Below are positions 54,131-63,600 of a stretch of DNA of 64,000 nt, one piece after another. Numbering within the stretch: position 1 is the stretch's first letter; each line of letters opens with the position of its first letter. Location of the stretch: IMG/VR virus record IMGVR_UViG_3300014204_013127; one strand, written 5' to 3'. The notes below the pieces were generated by a model, which was not told where the DNA came from, made no database searches, and saw nothing but the letters and a program-made list of their open reading frames with translations. The stretch comes from a virus. Its lineage: Duplodnaviria; Heunggongvirae; Uroviricota; Caudoviricetes. The position numbers were made by a program, and so were the translations under genes.

Positions 54131-55132
54131 ATGGATTATTATGATGTTCTTGGTGTCAATAAAGATGCTAGCGAAGAAGAGATTAACAAAGCCTTTCGAG
54201 AGAAAGCAGTAGCTTCACACCCAGATATCAACCCAAATAAGCCAGAATTGGTTGAGCAATTTAAAGAAGTTGCCAAAGCTTTTGAAACCTTGGGCGATCC
54301 TCAAAAAAGGGCTCAATATGATCGTCAAAGATCGGGTATTGGGACGCCCTTTGGTTTCAACTTTGGTGGCGACATTTTCGGCAACATGTTTCGAGGGCCA
54401 ATGGGTCGCTCCCGACAACATCCTATAGTTGTCGAGGTAGTTCTTACTTTTCAGGAATCTATATTAGGTTGTAGAAAAGATATTCCTGTAAAAGTTCGTG
54501 CTAAGTGCAAAGAATGTACTGATGGCGTCAAAGAGTGGAAAACCTGTGATGTTTGTCATGGTTCTGGTGGACAAACATCACATCAAGGGCCATTTGTTAT
54601 ACATACAACATGCACCGCTTGTGGCGGGCAAGGCAAAGTTGCCCAAACAAAATGTGACGCTTGCTCAGGAAGCGGATACAAAGGCACAGAGGAGAATATC
54701 GTATCTGTTGATATTCCTTCGGGGATTGAAGACAGAAGTGTGTTGCAAGTACCACATGCAGGAGAAGTTGATTCAAATGGCAGAAAAGGTGATTTGCACA
54801 TTAAAGTCACGGTGCAATCACATCCGTTTTATACTCGGCACGGACCCCATATTTTTTGCCATGTGCCTGTAACATATACTCAATTGGTTTTGGGTGCTGA
54901 TATAGTGGTCCCTACACTTACTGGTGAAGTCAAGATGACGATCCCTCCCAGGACTGTGGCAAACAAGAAGCTTCGTCTACGTGGAATGGGAATAGCCAGA
55001 CAACATGGTGATATGTACGCAGTTTTAGAACCAAAATTCCCAGATCAAACTGACAAAGAATATGATGAAATAGTGCAAAAATTAGCTAGTTGGGAAAAAG
55101 CACATATCAATATCGCATTCCCATCACAGTAG
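54131..55132 (+). CDS. dnaJ: DnaJ (Hsp40) chaperone
   Basis: The J-domain has YYDVLGV and the HPD motif (ASHPDINP). Four CxxCxGxG-type zinc-finger repeats follow (CKECTDG, CDVCHGSGG, CTACGGQGK, CDACSGSGY), then a C-terminal substrate-binding domain. Confidence 0.8.
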   Translation: MDYYDVLGVNKDASEEEINKAFREKAVASHPDINPNKPELVEQFKEVAKAFETLGDPQKRAQYDRQRSGIGTPFGFNFGGDIFGNMFRGPMGRSRQHPIVVEVVLTFQESILGCRKDIPVKVRAKCKECTDGVKEWKTCDVCHGSGGQTSHQGPFVIHTTCTACGGQGKVAQTKCDACSGSGYKGTEENIVSVDIPSGIEDRSVLQVPHAGEVDSNGRKGDLHIKVTVQSHPFYTRHGPHIFCHVPVTYTQLVLGADIVVPTLTGEVKMTIPPRTVANKKLRLRGMGIARQHGDMYAVLEPKFPDQTDKEYDEIVQKLASWEKAHINIAFPSQ

Positions 55133-55580
55133 CTTGGCTTTTTTGATCGTTGGGCAATCTTAGTAATGTGATTATAGCAACATCACCTTCTTTGGGTTTT
55201 TTGCCACCATTCATTATTTGCATTGTGCGGTATTGGTCTGTGTTGATTAAAATAGTTTCTGATTTGACAACATTCACCAGTTTGCCATCAGCAGTTTTTC
55301 TTTGAATTTTTTGTTCCACTCGTATTTGAACTTGGGTTTTATATGGGTCTTGGTATTCTTTTATTTGTGCTATTTTACCAGTGAATTTAGTGTGGGGAAC
55401 TACTTGAGTGGTTAACTCATAGGCTGGCAGGACGGGAGTTAAATTGCTTTGTGTTTCGCTCCCTGATTGGTCGCTTGTAATAAATGCCCCACCTGTGCCT
55501 AGATTAAATGCCCCACCAGGACCGTCGTTATGTGTTCCCGGCACGTTCTGTTCTACAAATTGTCTAAATGATATTTTCAT
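55107..55580 (-). CDS. hypothetical Gly-rich protein
   Basis: ATG at 55580 (MKISFRQ...) is preferred over the ORF-track upstream start at 55844, which would collide with the + strand gene. Confidence 0.3.
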   Translation of the reverse strand: MKISFRQFVEQNVPGTHNDGPGGAFNLGTGGAFITSDQSGSETQSNLTPVLPAYELTTQVVPHTKFTGKIAQIKEYQDPYKTQVQIRVEQKIQRKTADGKLVNVVKSETILINTDQYRTMQIMNGGKKPKEGDVAIITLLRLPNDQKSQATVMGMRY

Positions 55581-55622
55581 CACTATTATATATTGATTTG
55601 TTTTAGAAAAGGAACTATAATT

Positions 55623-56105
55623 ATGCCAGAAGCTTTTAATGCTCAGGTGGGTGCCATAGGGAGTGGAAAAGACAATAAGGGCCGAGTTAGACCACGTTTT
55701 GAAAAAAGAATTACTTTCAAGATGTTGACTGATTGGATAAATGAGCAAAATTACGACGAATACACAAAGAGAGAATTGATAAAAAAGGCGTCGGCATATC
55801 CTTACAATGCTATGAAGTATTTTGCTGACAATATCAATCAGCAAGTTATTAAAGTTCGAGAGGAAAGAGAAAAACTAAGAAAGGAAAAAGATGAACGAGA
55901 AAGAATGTCAATGTCAGTGCCAATGCAAGAATCCAACGAAGGATCAGTTGCAGCCGAGTTGCCAGGAGTCGAATGTATCGATGAAGGACCAGTGCCAGAA
56001 ATTGGTAATGCAGGAAGCGAAGGAGTTCAATACCAACCCTTGCCATATCCCGAAGGAAAAGAAACGGGTGATGGCGAGCCCCTTGCCGGTCCCCTGCCCA
56101 GCTAA
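55623..56105 (+). CDS. hypothetical acidic protein
   Basis: ATG (MPEAF) is preceded by AAAAGGAA and is divergent from the minus-strand gene. Confidence 0.35.
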   Translation: MPEAFNAQVGAIGSGKDNKGRVRPRFEKRITFKMLTDWINEQNYDEYTKRELIKKASAYPYNAMKYFADNINQQVIKVREEREKLRKEKDERERMSMSVPMQESNEGSVAAELPGVECIDEGPVPEIGNAGSEGVQYQPLPYPEGKETGDGEPLAGPLPS

Positions 56106-56568
56106 AGATTTCTATGAGCCACCATTGCATAAGGTGGTGACTAAAATTGTGGTAGATGATCCTATGTTCATTCCACAATACAAAACAGAGGGTGCAGCTT
56201 GCGTTGATTTGGTTGCCAATATCCCAGCGGGTGAAATTAGACTTAATCATCGAAACACCATTAAAATTGATTGTGGCTTCTCTATGGAGCTAAAACCAGG
56301 GTGGAAGGCCAATGTGAGAGCAAGAAGCGGTTTGGCAACGCAGGGCTTGATTGTTACTAATTCGCCGGGGTGTATAGATGCTGATTATAGGGGTCGTATA
56401 CAAGTTATTGTAACAAATGTAGGTAATGTCAACCCAATTACCTTGAAACATGGTGATCGAATTGCTCAAATGGAAATAGAGCCTGTTTATCTCTTTGACT
56501 GGCTGGTAGTTGACGCTTTGGAAGAAACCGCACGAGGAAGTGGTGGCTTTGGTAGCACCGGAGCCTAG
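56071..56568 (+). CDS. dut: dUTP diphosphatase
   Basis: GAACVDL, ARSGLATQGLIV, GCIDADYRG and RIAQMEI correspond to dUTPase motifs 1-4. ATG at 56071. The ORF-track start at 55891 adds an implausible Cys/Gln-rich extension. Confidence 0.75.
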   Translation: MASPLPVPCPAKDFYEPPLHKVVTKIVVDDPMFIPQYKTEGAACVDLVANIPAGEIRLNHRNTIKIDCGFSMELKPGWKANVRARSGLATQGLIVTNSPGCIDADYRGRIQVIVTNVGNVNPITLKHGDRIAQMEIEPVYLFDWLVVDALEETARGSGGFGSTGA

Positions 56569-56756
56569 TCGGCTAATATAATGAGTTTTTTATCTTCTGT
56601 GCTATAAGACCAACGGTGTCCATTTGGGCATTTTAATCCGTGGCCTCGTTCTAAATCTTCTACAGTATGAGGGCCAATGCAACGACAACGTTCATTGGCC
56701 CTTTCGCTGCATACAGGGCAACAATCTTTGTCTTGCCACTCTTGATATGTCTTCAT
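56565..56756 (-). CDS. small zinc-ribbon protein
   Basis: CCPVCSERANERCRC...CPNGH in 63 aa. Confidence 0.3.
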   Translation of the reverse strand: MKTYQEWQDKDCCPVCSERANERCRCIGPHTVEDLERGHGLKCPNGHRWSYSTEDKKLIILAD

Positions 56757-57033
56757 TCTTCCACCTCGATTTCAAACCCACCCGCTGTGCAGAAGCATTC
56801 TACATCACCAAATTCACTGCTGAATTTCATTGGTTTATATTTATCGCCTATTCTAAAATCAGAATTTAGCTTTTTTACAAGTTCATCAGCTTTGCTGGCT
56901 TGTTTAAAAGCTTTTTCTGTTTTGATAAAGGTCACTTCTCCCTCAATTTGTCGGGCTACTGTGATGACTGCATAAACTATCATATTTTTTTCCTTCTAAA
57001 TACTATCTTATAGTAGTTAACAGAGGAAAAAAT

Positions 57034-57771
57034 ATGAATTCTCCACACAATCCTTTAGAAGGACCACCCGCTGATCTCACCCTGGACCTGCACGATGGCA
57101 CAGACGAGCAAATATCCATCATAATTGTTCATAAGGACCGCCCAGCCCATTTAAACATTTGTTTGCAGTCTATTTCTATTTGCAGCAATAACAATAATTA
57201 TGAAATTGTAGTTGTAGACAATGCTTCTGGCAAGGAGAGTCAGGACTTTTTGGAAGAAATCAAGGATGAGGTCACCTTGGTCAAAAATGACAAAAATTTA
57301 TACTGGTCATCGGCGGCGAATAGAGGTGCCGAGGCGGCCAGTAAAGCATCTAAATATTTAATTTTCTTGCATTGTGATACTGTTGTTCTCAATCCTGGTT
57401 GGATAGATTTATTGGTGAGTGTTTCACAGGCTCGTAATTCAGGATTGGTTGGTATTGACCAAGCATCTTATTACCTACAGGGGCAGAAAATGGATTTTGT
57501 GCCTGAATGGTGCATGCTTACCACCCGAGATTGCTGGAAAGCATGTGGTGGTTTTCCCGATGAGTTGCCTATGATTGGGCATTCTTTTATTTATAGTTTT
57601 AATGCCAACCGATTGGGGTATTCACCTCAAATAATGAAAAATCCAATTGTTCACCATTATCATATCTTCTCTTTGGAGGACGTGAGCGTGTGGGAAAAAA
57701 TGTTGGAAGGGGCTAGTGGTAATATTCCCAAAATACTTCGTGGTCTTCAAAGCGAAAGTTTAGGAAAATGA
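57034..57771 (+). CDS. GT2-family glycosyltransferase
   Basis: ISIIIVHKDRPAHL...YEIVVVDNAS...LIFLHCDTVV carries canonical GT2 N-terminal motifs. Confidence 0.6.
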   Translation: MNSPHNPLEGPPADLTLDLHDGTDEQISIIIVHKDRPAHLNICLQSISICSNNNNYEIVVVDNASGKESQDFLEEIKDEVTLVKNDKNLYWSSAANRGAEAASKASKYLIFLHCDTVVLNPGWIDLLVSVSQARNSGLVGIDQASYYLQGQKMDFVPEWCMLTTRDCWKACGGFPDELPMIGHSFIYSFNANRLGYSPQIMKNPIVHHYHIFSLEDVSVWEKMLEGASGNIPKILRGLQSESLGK

Positions 57772-58282
57772 AAAGCTCTAGTTCATTAGAAAAATGCCAG
57801 TGTTCCAACCCGATTCCTGTAAATTGGAATGGGAGCGATGGACACTATGGCATATTTTGCAATCGTTGCGGCTTAGTCGCAGAATGCCCAGTTGTTGGTG
57901 GCTCATCTGGCTCGATTGGTTCTGGTGGTAGTGGAATGTCTCATGTCGATATTGCAGAACATCAGAATTTTATCAAAAAACAATATAGCTCAAGTAGTGC
58001 CAAAAATCACTAATGTCTTGTATAAATAAGGCATGAGAACATTTAAAGATTTCATGCGGGAAAATATGTCTGTTTTTGTTGGTCCGAGTGATCCCCGCAC
58101 CAGTATTGCCCAGATGTATAACTTATTGACTGGTTTAGAACCAAAAGAAGTTGCAGATTCTCAGGATTTGTTGATTCAGTTGCGTGATTTAGTTGATGAT
58201 ATTCTAAGCGGGAAAAGATATTGATGGGTTATTTTTTGACTTCCACAAAGCATTTCAAGTTCCGGGTTGGATATATAAGGGA

Positions 58283-58298
58283 TGATGTGTACACATCA
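58283..58298. promoter_or_regulatory. perfect 16-bp palindrome TGATGTGTACACATCA upstream of the HNH gene (operator-like)
   Basis: Read directly from the sequence; located ~25 nt upstream of the ORF start at 58323. Confidence 0.35.
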
Positions 58299-58322
58299 GC
58301 CTTATAGCGAAAAAAGGAGTTC

Positions 58323-59189
58323 GTGAGGGGTGAAGTTGTATTTCTTGGCGGAAATCAAATAAGCCTTTGGTGCGAATCAGTATTAGTAAACTATGGGGTA
58401 AAGGATACGCCTGTTAAGCAAAAATGGGCGTATCCATTTTTTTTTGTTATTTTTGGAAGAACTATTATATATAATAATAGAAATAGTTCTTCAAGGAGAA
58501 AATTTATGAGGTGTAATACATGTTCTAATGGTGCCGCTTTTGGCAATAAGAGTTGTTTGAAATGTTTAGCCAAGGCAAGGGAAAGATCGAATGAACGATA
58601 TAAAAAAATGAAGCAAGAGAGAAAGTGCAAAACTTGTTTCGGCTCTATGCAGGAGGAAAAAGGAATATATTGCAAAAAATGCAAACAAGAAAAAAAAGAC
58701 ACATATACAAGAAGAAAACAACAAGGATTGTGTGTGACATGCGGAAGCAACAAGGCAACTACAACACAAAAATGCGACGAGTGCCATCAGGCGTATCTTG
58801 TAAATGTTAATGCAAAAAAACAAAAAAGACTGTCGGAGGGGCGATGTGCTTATTGTGAAAACAAAAGAATAAATGGTCAAACTTGTTTAAAACATTATTT
58901 ACAAATAACATCTCAATCGCATTTTAAAAACATCAGCAAAGCAAATGATTTGTATAATCTGTTTTTGAAACAAAATGGCATATGTCCGTATACTGGCAAA
59001 AAACTAACATTAGGAGTGGATGCTTCATTGGATCATATTGTTCCAAAATCTCGGGGCGGTTCTGAAGATGTTTCCAATTTGCAATGGGTATATAATCAAG
59101 TGAATTTTATGAAAATAGATATGTTTGAAAATGAGTTTTTGAACCTTGTTGAATTGATTCACGAGAATTTGGCTAAGAAAGCTTCTTGA
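58323..59189 (+). mobile_element. HNH endonuclease fused to an N-terminal array of about five CxxC zinc ribbons
   Basis: C-terminal LDHIVPKSRGGSEDVSNLQWVYNQVNFMK is an HNH motif. The N-terminal half has repeated Cx2C...Cx2C pairs. The start may be the ATG at 58506. Confidence 0.55.
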
Positions 59190-59694
59190 TAAATTTTTCC
59201 CATTCGGGATGAGTAAACATTACATGCTTGTGTTTAGCATATTGGTTGGCAAATCCGTGGCAAAATAATTCCTCGGGGTTCTGACGATCTTTGTGTGTCA
59301 TCTTGGTTTGTTTTACCATTTTCGCCCACTCGTTTTTCAACTCTGAAGGCAATGTTTCCCATAATCGATGCCCCAATTCATGCAGGAAAGTGAATTCTCT
59401 TCCATAATTCCAGGGTGCTGCTATAGTAATTGTTTTCTTCTTTTCATCCATAACACCGATGTGATCGTTATCGCCGCTAAGAGTATTTCCAGATTGGAAC
59501 TTGAATTTATAGCCATGTATCAATTTTTGATATTTTTTAGGCAATTTGCCTAATGTTTCTTTGATGTCTTTTTCGTAATTTTCTACAAATTGCCTGAATT
59601 CCATGTTGTAATATCTATGTTTTCTATCTATAATATTTGTATGCAAGACATTGAATATATGCGTAAATGTTACAATTCTAGACCTGTGGCACAA
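59173..59694 (-). CDS. hypothetical HExxH zinc-metallopeptidase-like protein
   Basis: FLHELGHRLWE in a 173-aa protein. Confidence 0.35.
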   Translation of the reverse strand: MCHRSRIVTFTHIFNVLHTNIIDRKHRYYNMEFRQFVENYEKDIKETLGKLPKKYQKLIHGYKFKFQSGNTLSGDNDHIGVMDEKKKTITIAAPWNYGREFTFLHELGHRLWETLPSELKNEWAKMVKQTKMTHKDRQNPEELFCHGFANQYAKHKHVMFTHPEWEKFIKKLS

Positions 59695-59760
59695 GTTCCC
59701 TATCCGGTGTGGGCACTAAATCCATGCATGGTGTAATACTGGTTTCACAATTGTATATTT

Positions 59761-59789
59761 TTGCTAAAATTCAAGCTTGTGTTCATAAT
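59761..59789 (+). promoter_or_regulatory. sigma70-like promoter TTGCTA-17-CATAAT with ~190-nt leader upstream of phoH
   Basis: TTGCTA at 59761-59766, a 17-nt spacer, CATAAT at 59784-59789. The leader contains the hairpin ggccctgt/acagggct (59918-59950) followed by a T-rich tract. Confidence 0.35.
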
Positions 59790-59983
59790 TCACACTAAAC
59801 TTTGGAATTATCTGGGGTAAAAATCACTTGTGTAAGCATAGGTTCCCAGTTCTTCCCGATGCGTGGGGGTAGCGAACTGCAAACAAGCCATAATTTCGAG
59901 AGTGTGTCCTGCATTTTGGCCCTGTTGAGGATTTCTTCTTTGACAGGGCTTTCTTTATTTGCAGACGGAGTATAAATATCATT

Positions 59984-60628
59984 ATGAGTAAAATTAAGAA
60001 AAATGTGGGGAAATTCCATATTGAATTTCTCAATGCCGCACAAAAACTGGCATGGGCTGGATTTCAACAACATGATGTAATGTTTATGATAGGTCCAGCA
60101 GGTACTGGCAAAACATATCTTGCGATGGCTTTTGCCATTCATGAACTGCTACAAGGCAGTCATAAAAAAATAATTCTCACCAGACCTATTGTAGAAGCTG
60201 GTGAATCTTTGGGCTATTTGCCTGGAGATTTGCATGAAAAAACTGGGCCTTATATGCTTCCTTTGGTTGACTCCATGAAGAAGCTTGCTCCAAATCCTCT
60301 CCAACACGATACAGTAGCTGCTGCTATTGAGGTTGCTCCCCTAGCATATCTCAGAGGTCGCACATTTGATAACGCTATTGCTATTTTTGATGAAGCCCAA
60401 AATGCCAGTCGTATGCAATTAAAATTGTTTTTAACTCGTCTGGGAGAAAATAGCAAAATTATCATTACAGGTGACCCCAGTCAAAGCGATATCGGAGAAA
60501 GCTCGGGATTGATGGATGTTGTAAGTCGTTTAGATGTAGTTCCTGGTATTTGTGTCGTGCGATTCAAAGAGGACTCTATTGTGAGGCATCCATTAGTATC
60601 AGCGATGTTGGCCAAATTGGAGAGTTAA
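59984..60628 (+). CDS. phoH: PhoH-family ATPase
   Basis: Walker A FMIGPAGTGKTYLAMAFA. 214 aa. The N-terminal region and length fit phage-type PhoH. Confidence 0.75.
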   Translation: MSKIKKNVGKFHIEFLNAAQKLAWAGFQQHDVMFMIGPAGTGKTYLAMAFAIHELLQGSHKKIILTRPIVEAGESLGYLPGDLHEKTGPYMLPLVDSMKKLAPNPLQHDTVAAAIEVAPLAYLRGRTFDNAIAIFDEAQNASRMQLKLFLTRLGENSKIIITGDPSQSDIGESSGLMDVVSRLDVVPGICVVRFKEDSIVRHPLVSAMLAKLES

Positions 60629-63600
60629 TGTTCGATTCAGTTTTAAGCAAAATGATGTTTACAAGCTCAAGCTCAAGCTCAAGCTCAAGCTCAAGCTCAA
60701 GCTCAAGCTCAAGCTCAAGCTCCGAAACATCAGATTATTCCTATGTGGCAACAGGTGCAATATACATTAAAACAAACCCCTTTGATCCAACAGGATTAGA
60801 GGCTGTGTATTTTCCAACTTTGCAGGTTTATTGGGATGTGCCCGGTATTGCATCTCGATCCATAGACTTTTATTGGGATGGTTATGGAAAGAATGTTCAC
60901 AACAATGATCCAGTGCTTTTTTGGTGGCGAGTAGAAAGCGAAGTAGTTGAGAATTTAGAAACTGTTTATATAGATAATTGTGGCCCATCTGTCACATGTT
61001 GTGACGGCACAGTGCCATCCACAAGCTCTGGAGGACATTCTAGCTCTACTTCGGGCTCTTCTTCAAGCCGTAGCAGTAGTAGCTCTTCAAGTTCATCACA
61101 GTCTTATGTAAATCTATATTATTATAGACATGCATTTTCCATATCTGATTGGGTTTCGAGTGGGGGCATGTATGAAATTACATTTGTTCACAATCTTCAC
61201 TCTAATGGGGTTGTTGTCGAGATTTGGGATGAAACTACTTCGCCAGCAACATTAGTGGATGTTCAAAGTGTTGAGCATATTGATTCTGACACCATAAGGA
61301 TTAAGATTCCTCTTGCTCCTCCTGACTATAGATTTAATGGTTTTATTGTTATTTTAGGAGGGGTAGAAAGCCCACATTTATTATTTGCCGAAGAGTTGCC
61401 TCTTGATGTGGATGTATCTTTCGTAGATTCAAATATTTCTAAAGAAACAACTGATGGTGAGGTTGTGAATTTAGGATTGATACCACCAGAGGCTCTTAGA
61501 TCATTCCTTTACGGACCAGATGGACAAGAGTGTAGTGGTTTAAATCCTTACGAGCATATTAGAGTATTGGGAGCCAGTGGACATGTAAGCCCTCAGCCAA
61601 ATTGCATGGGTGATTATTATTGTTCTGGTAAGTATGGCAAGGGACTGACATACACACGAGATGATGGGGCGTTTGTATTTTGGTATGATCCCGAAATTTG
61701 TAAATGGAATCTTAGCACACAAGTTGGTATACATGCAAATCCAGAGTGGCGTGACCCAGGTTATGGCATTGGAATTTGTGATTCCACACAACCACCCTAT
61801 TTTCCGTGGATACCCTTTGGGAATTATTATGACCCTATGCCAGGGACTATAGGAAATCCACTTCCTACGATAGTGGCGGATTATCCACCAATTCCAAGTT
61901 CAAGTAGTTCAAAGTTAAGTTCAAGTAGCAGTTCAAGTAGTTCAAGTTCAAAAAATTCAAGTTCAAGTTCGAACTACTTGAGCTTGAACTTTTTACAATC
62001 AAGTTCAAGTAGCTCAAAATCAAGTTCAAGTAGCTCAACGTCAAGTTCAGGTGGTGGTGGTGGTGGTGGTTTTCCAGGGACAGTGTGGGGACCAGTTTGT
62101 ACTGGCACTTGTGGCATGTATTATATTAGGTATTTGACCGCCGCAAACATTCAGGATGTATGCACCAAATTAAAGAAAATACAGGCAGATCGTCCATTGT
62201 TGTATTGGCGTGTTAAATCTATTAAAAAATATTTAAAGCCGCTGGATTCAAAAAATGATGTAATATTGGGGCAAACTGGACCCTGGATAGTTTGCGAAGA
62301 TCAAGTCGGATGGCAAACAGTGCCCGAATGTTTAGAGTTCACACTTTCTACCGGATTAGGGGCAGGAACAGTAACCACCACTACAAGTGTCGATACTGCT
62401 GTTGCACCTATTTTTCATCGACCTGTTGGTTACACAATACCCCCAGCATCAATTACTACTACTTCAATAGCTGTTGCTCCTAATGTTAGCGGTGGTATAA
62501 AAACATTTTTCTTAACTGTCGATATTGTTGAGAGTGTTGTCAAAATTGAAATAGGCGGCACTTCACCTGCACAGTGGTGTTTGCCTCCTGGGGCTTTTTC
62601 AAATGCATTCAGTTTAGAATTTGACAGCAGTGGCGTATGTGAGCTAATTGGTGGTATTTTAATTACTGGGACTTCACCTGTGATTAGCAGCCACTATGAT
62701 TGTGTGGCTTCTGGGTCTTTAAGCATAGATGGCTTATCTCTGTTGGCGTGTAGTGCATGGGAAGCAGTGGCCAATGGAACGGTTTTGATTACAGGAATGT
62801 CGAGTGTAGTGTCACCCGTGTGGGAGTGGGAAGCCTCAGGTGGTTTAGGGCTAAGTGGCGTATCTTCTGAAAAAGCAACATATATTCATCTTGCTGAAGG
62901 AGTGGTCGCTTTAATTGGCTCTGCAAATTCCAACATTGTCACAATGGATTATTTATACACATCTTCTGGCGAGTTGGAAATAAAAGGCACTTCTCTTGCT
63001 TATCCTGTGCCGTATGTGGTTGTTCCAACACCTTTCTCCTTGGGCGGGAGTGCTATAGTAGTTTCTTCTGCTTGGGCAGCTACTGCAAGTGGAACAATAA
63101 CATTAGAGGGGGGATATTTTGGTACATTTACTCATGTGTCTGCTGGAAGTTTAGTGATTGGCGGAAATTCATTATTGGATATTAGGGCAGAAGGTGGCAT
63201 AACAATAGGTGGAACATCCCTTGTGATAAGTTCAGCATATACATGGCATGCTTTGGGGGAGATAGATGTTGAAGGTTTGTCCGAAACAGATTGTAGCTAC
63301 AAGGGTGAGTTTGATACTTTCGGCGGTGCAGACGTTGCAATTGTAGAAGCTCCAAAGTACCCTGATTCAGATTTGTACAATTCACAGCCAATTATTTGGT
63401 TGCCGCAAGAGAATGTATCCACTTCTTGTGAGTGCCAGCCAATTCCACAGATTTTGTATATGCAGCACGATTTTAATAGATTGTCTAAATTAAAGTTTTT
63501 CTTGCTTAAAAATAATTTAGTGTTTCCTAATGTTGTCAATTTATTGTATGGTGGGAATTTTGATCCCTATTGGCGGGGAACAAGTCATTTTGCTGGCGTA

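Noticed and set aside
55593-55844. Apparent 250-bp sense/antisense overlap between ORF 55107-55844 (-) and ORF 55593-56105 (+)
   Set aside because: Both ORFs have plausible internal ATG starts (55580 on the minus strand, 55623 on the plus strand, the latter with an AAGGA ribosome-binding site). These give a conventional divergent pair with a 42-bp intergenic region. The extended ORF-track starts come from alternative start codons and are probably not used.
55891-56070. N-terminal Cys/Gln-rich extension (MNEKECQCQCQCKNPTKDQ...) on the dUTPase ORF
   Set aside because: dUTPase homology begins near residue 60 of this ORF. An in-frame ATG at 56071 gives a normal ~165-aa enzyme. The upstream part overlaps the 3' end of the preceding acidic-protein gene in another frame and is probably not translated as part of dut.
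60662-60721. Regular short direct repeats, (caagct)10 and the 18/36-bp repeat at 19055-19200, considered as a possible CRISPR array
   Set aside because: Units are 6 bp and 18 bp with no unique spacers. They lie in-frame inside long ORFs and translate to poly-Ser and DEDELG respectively. They are coding microsatellites or tandem repeats, not CRISPR.
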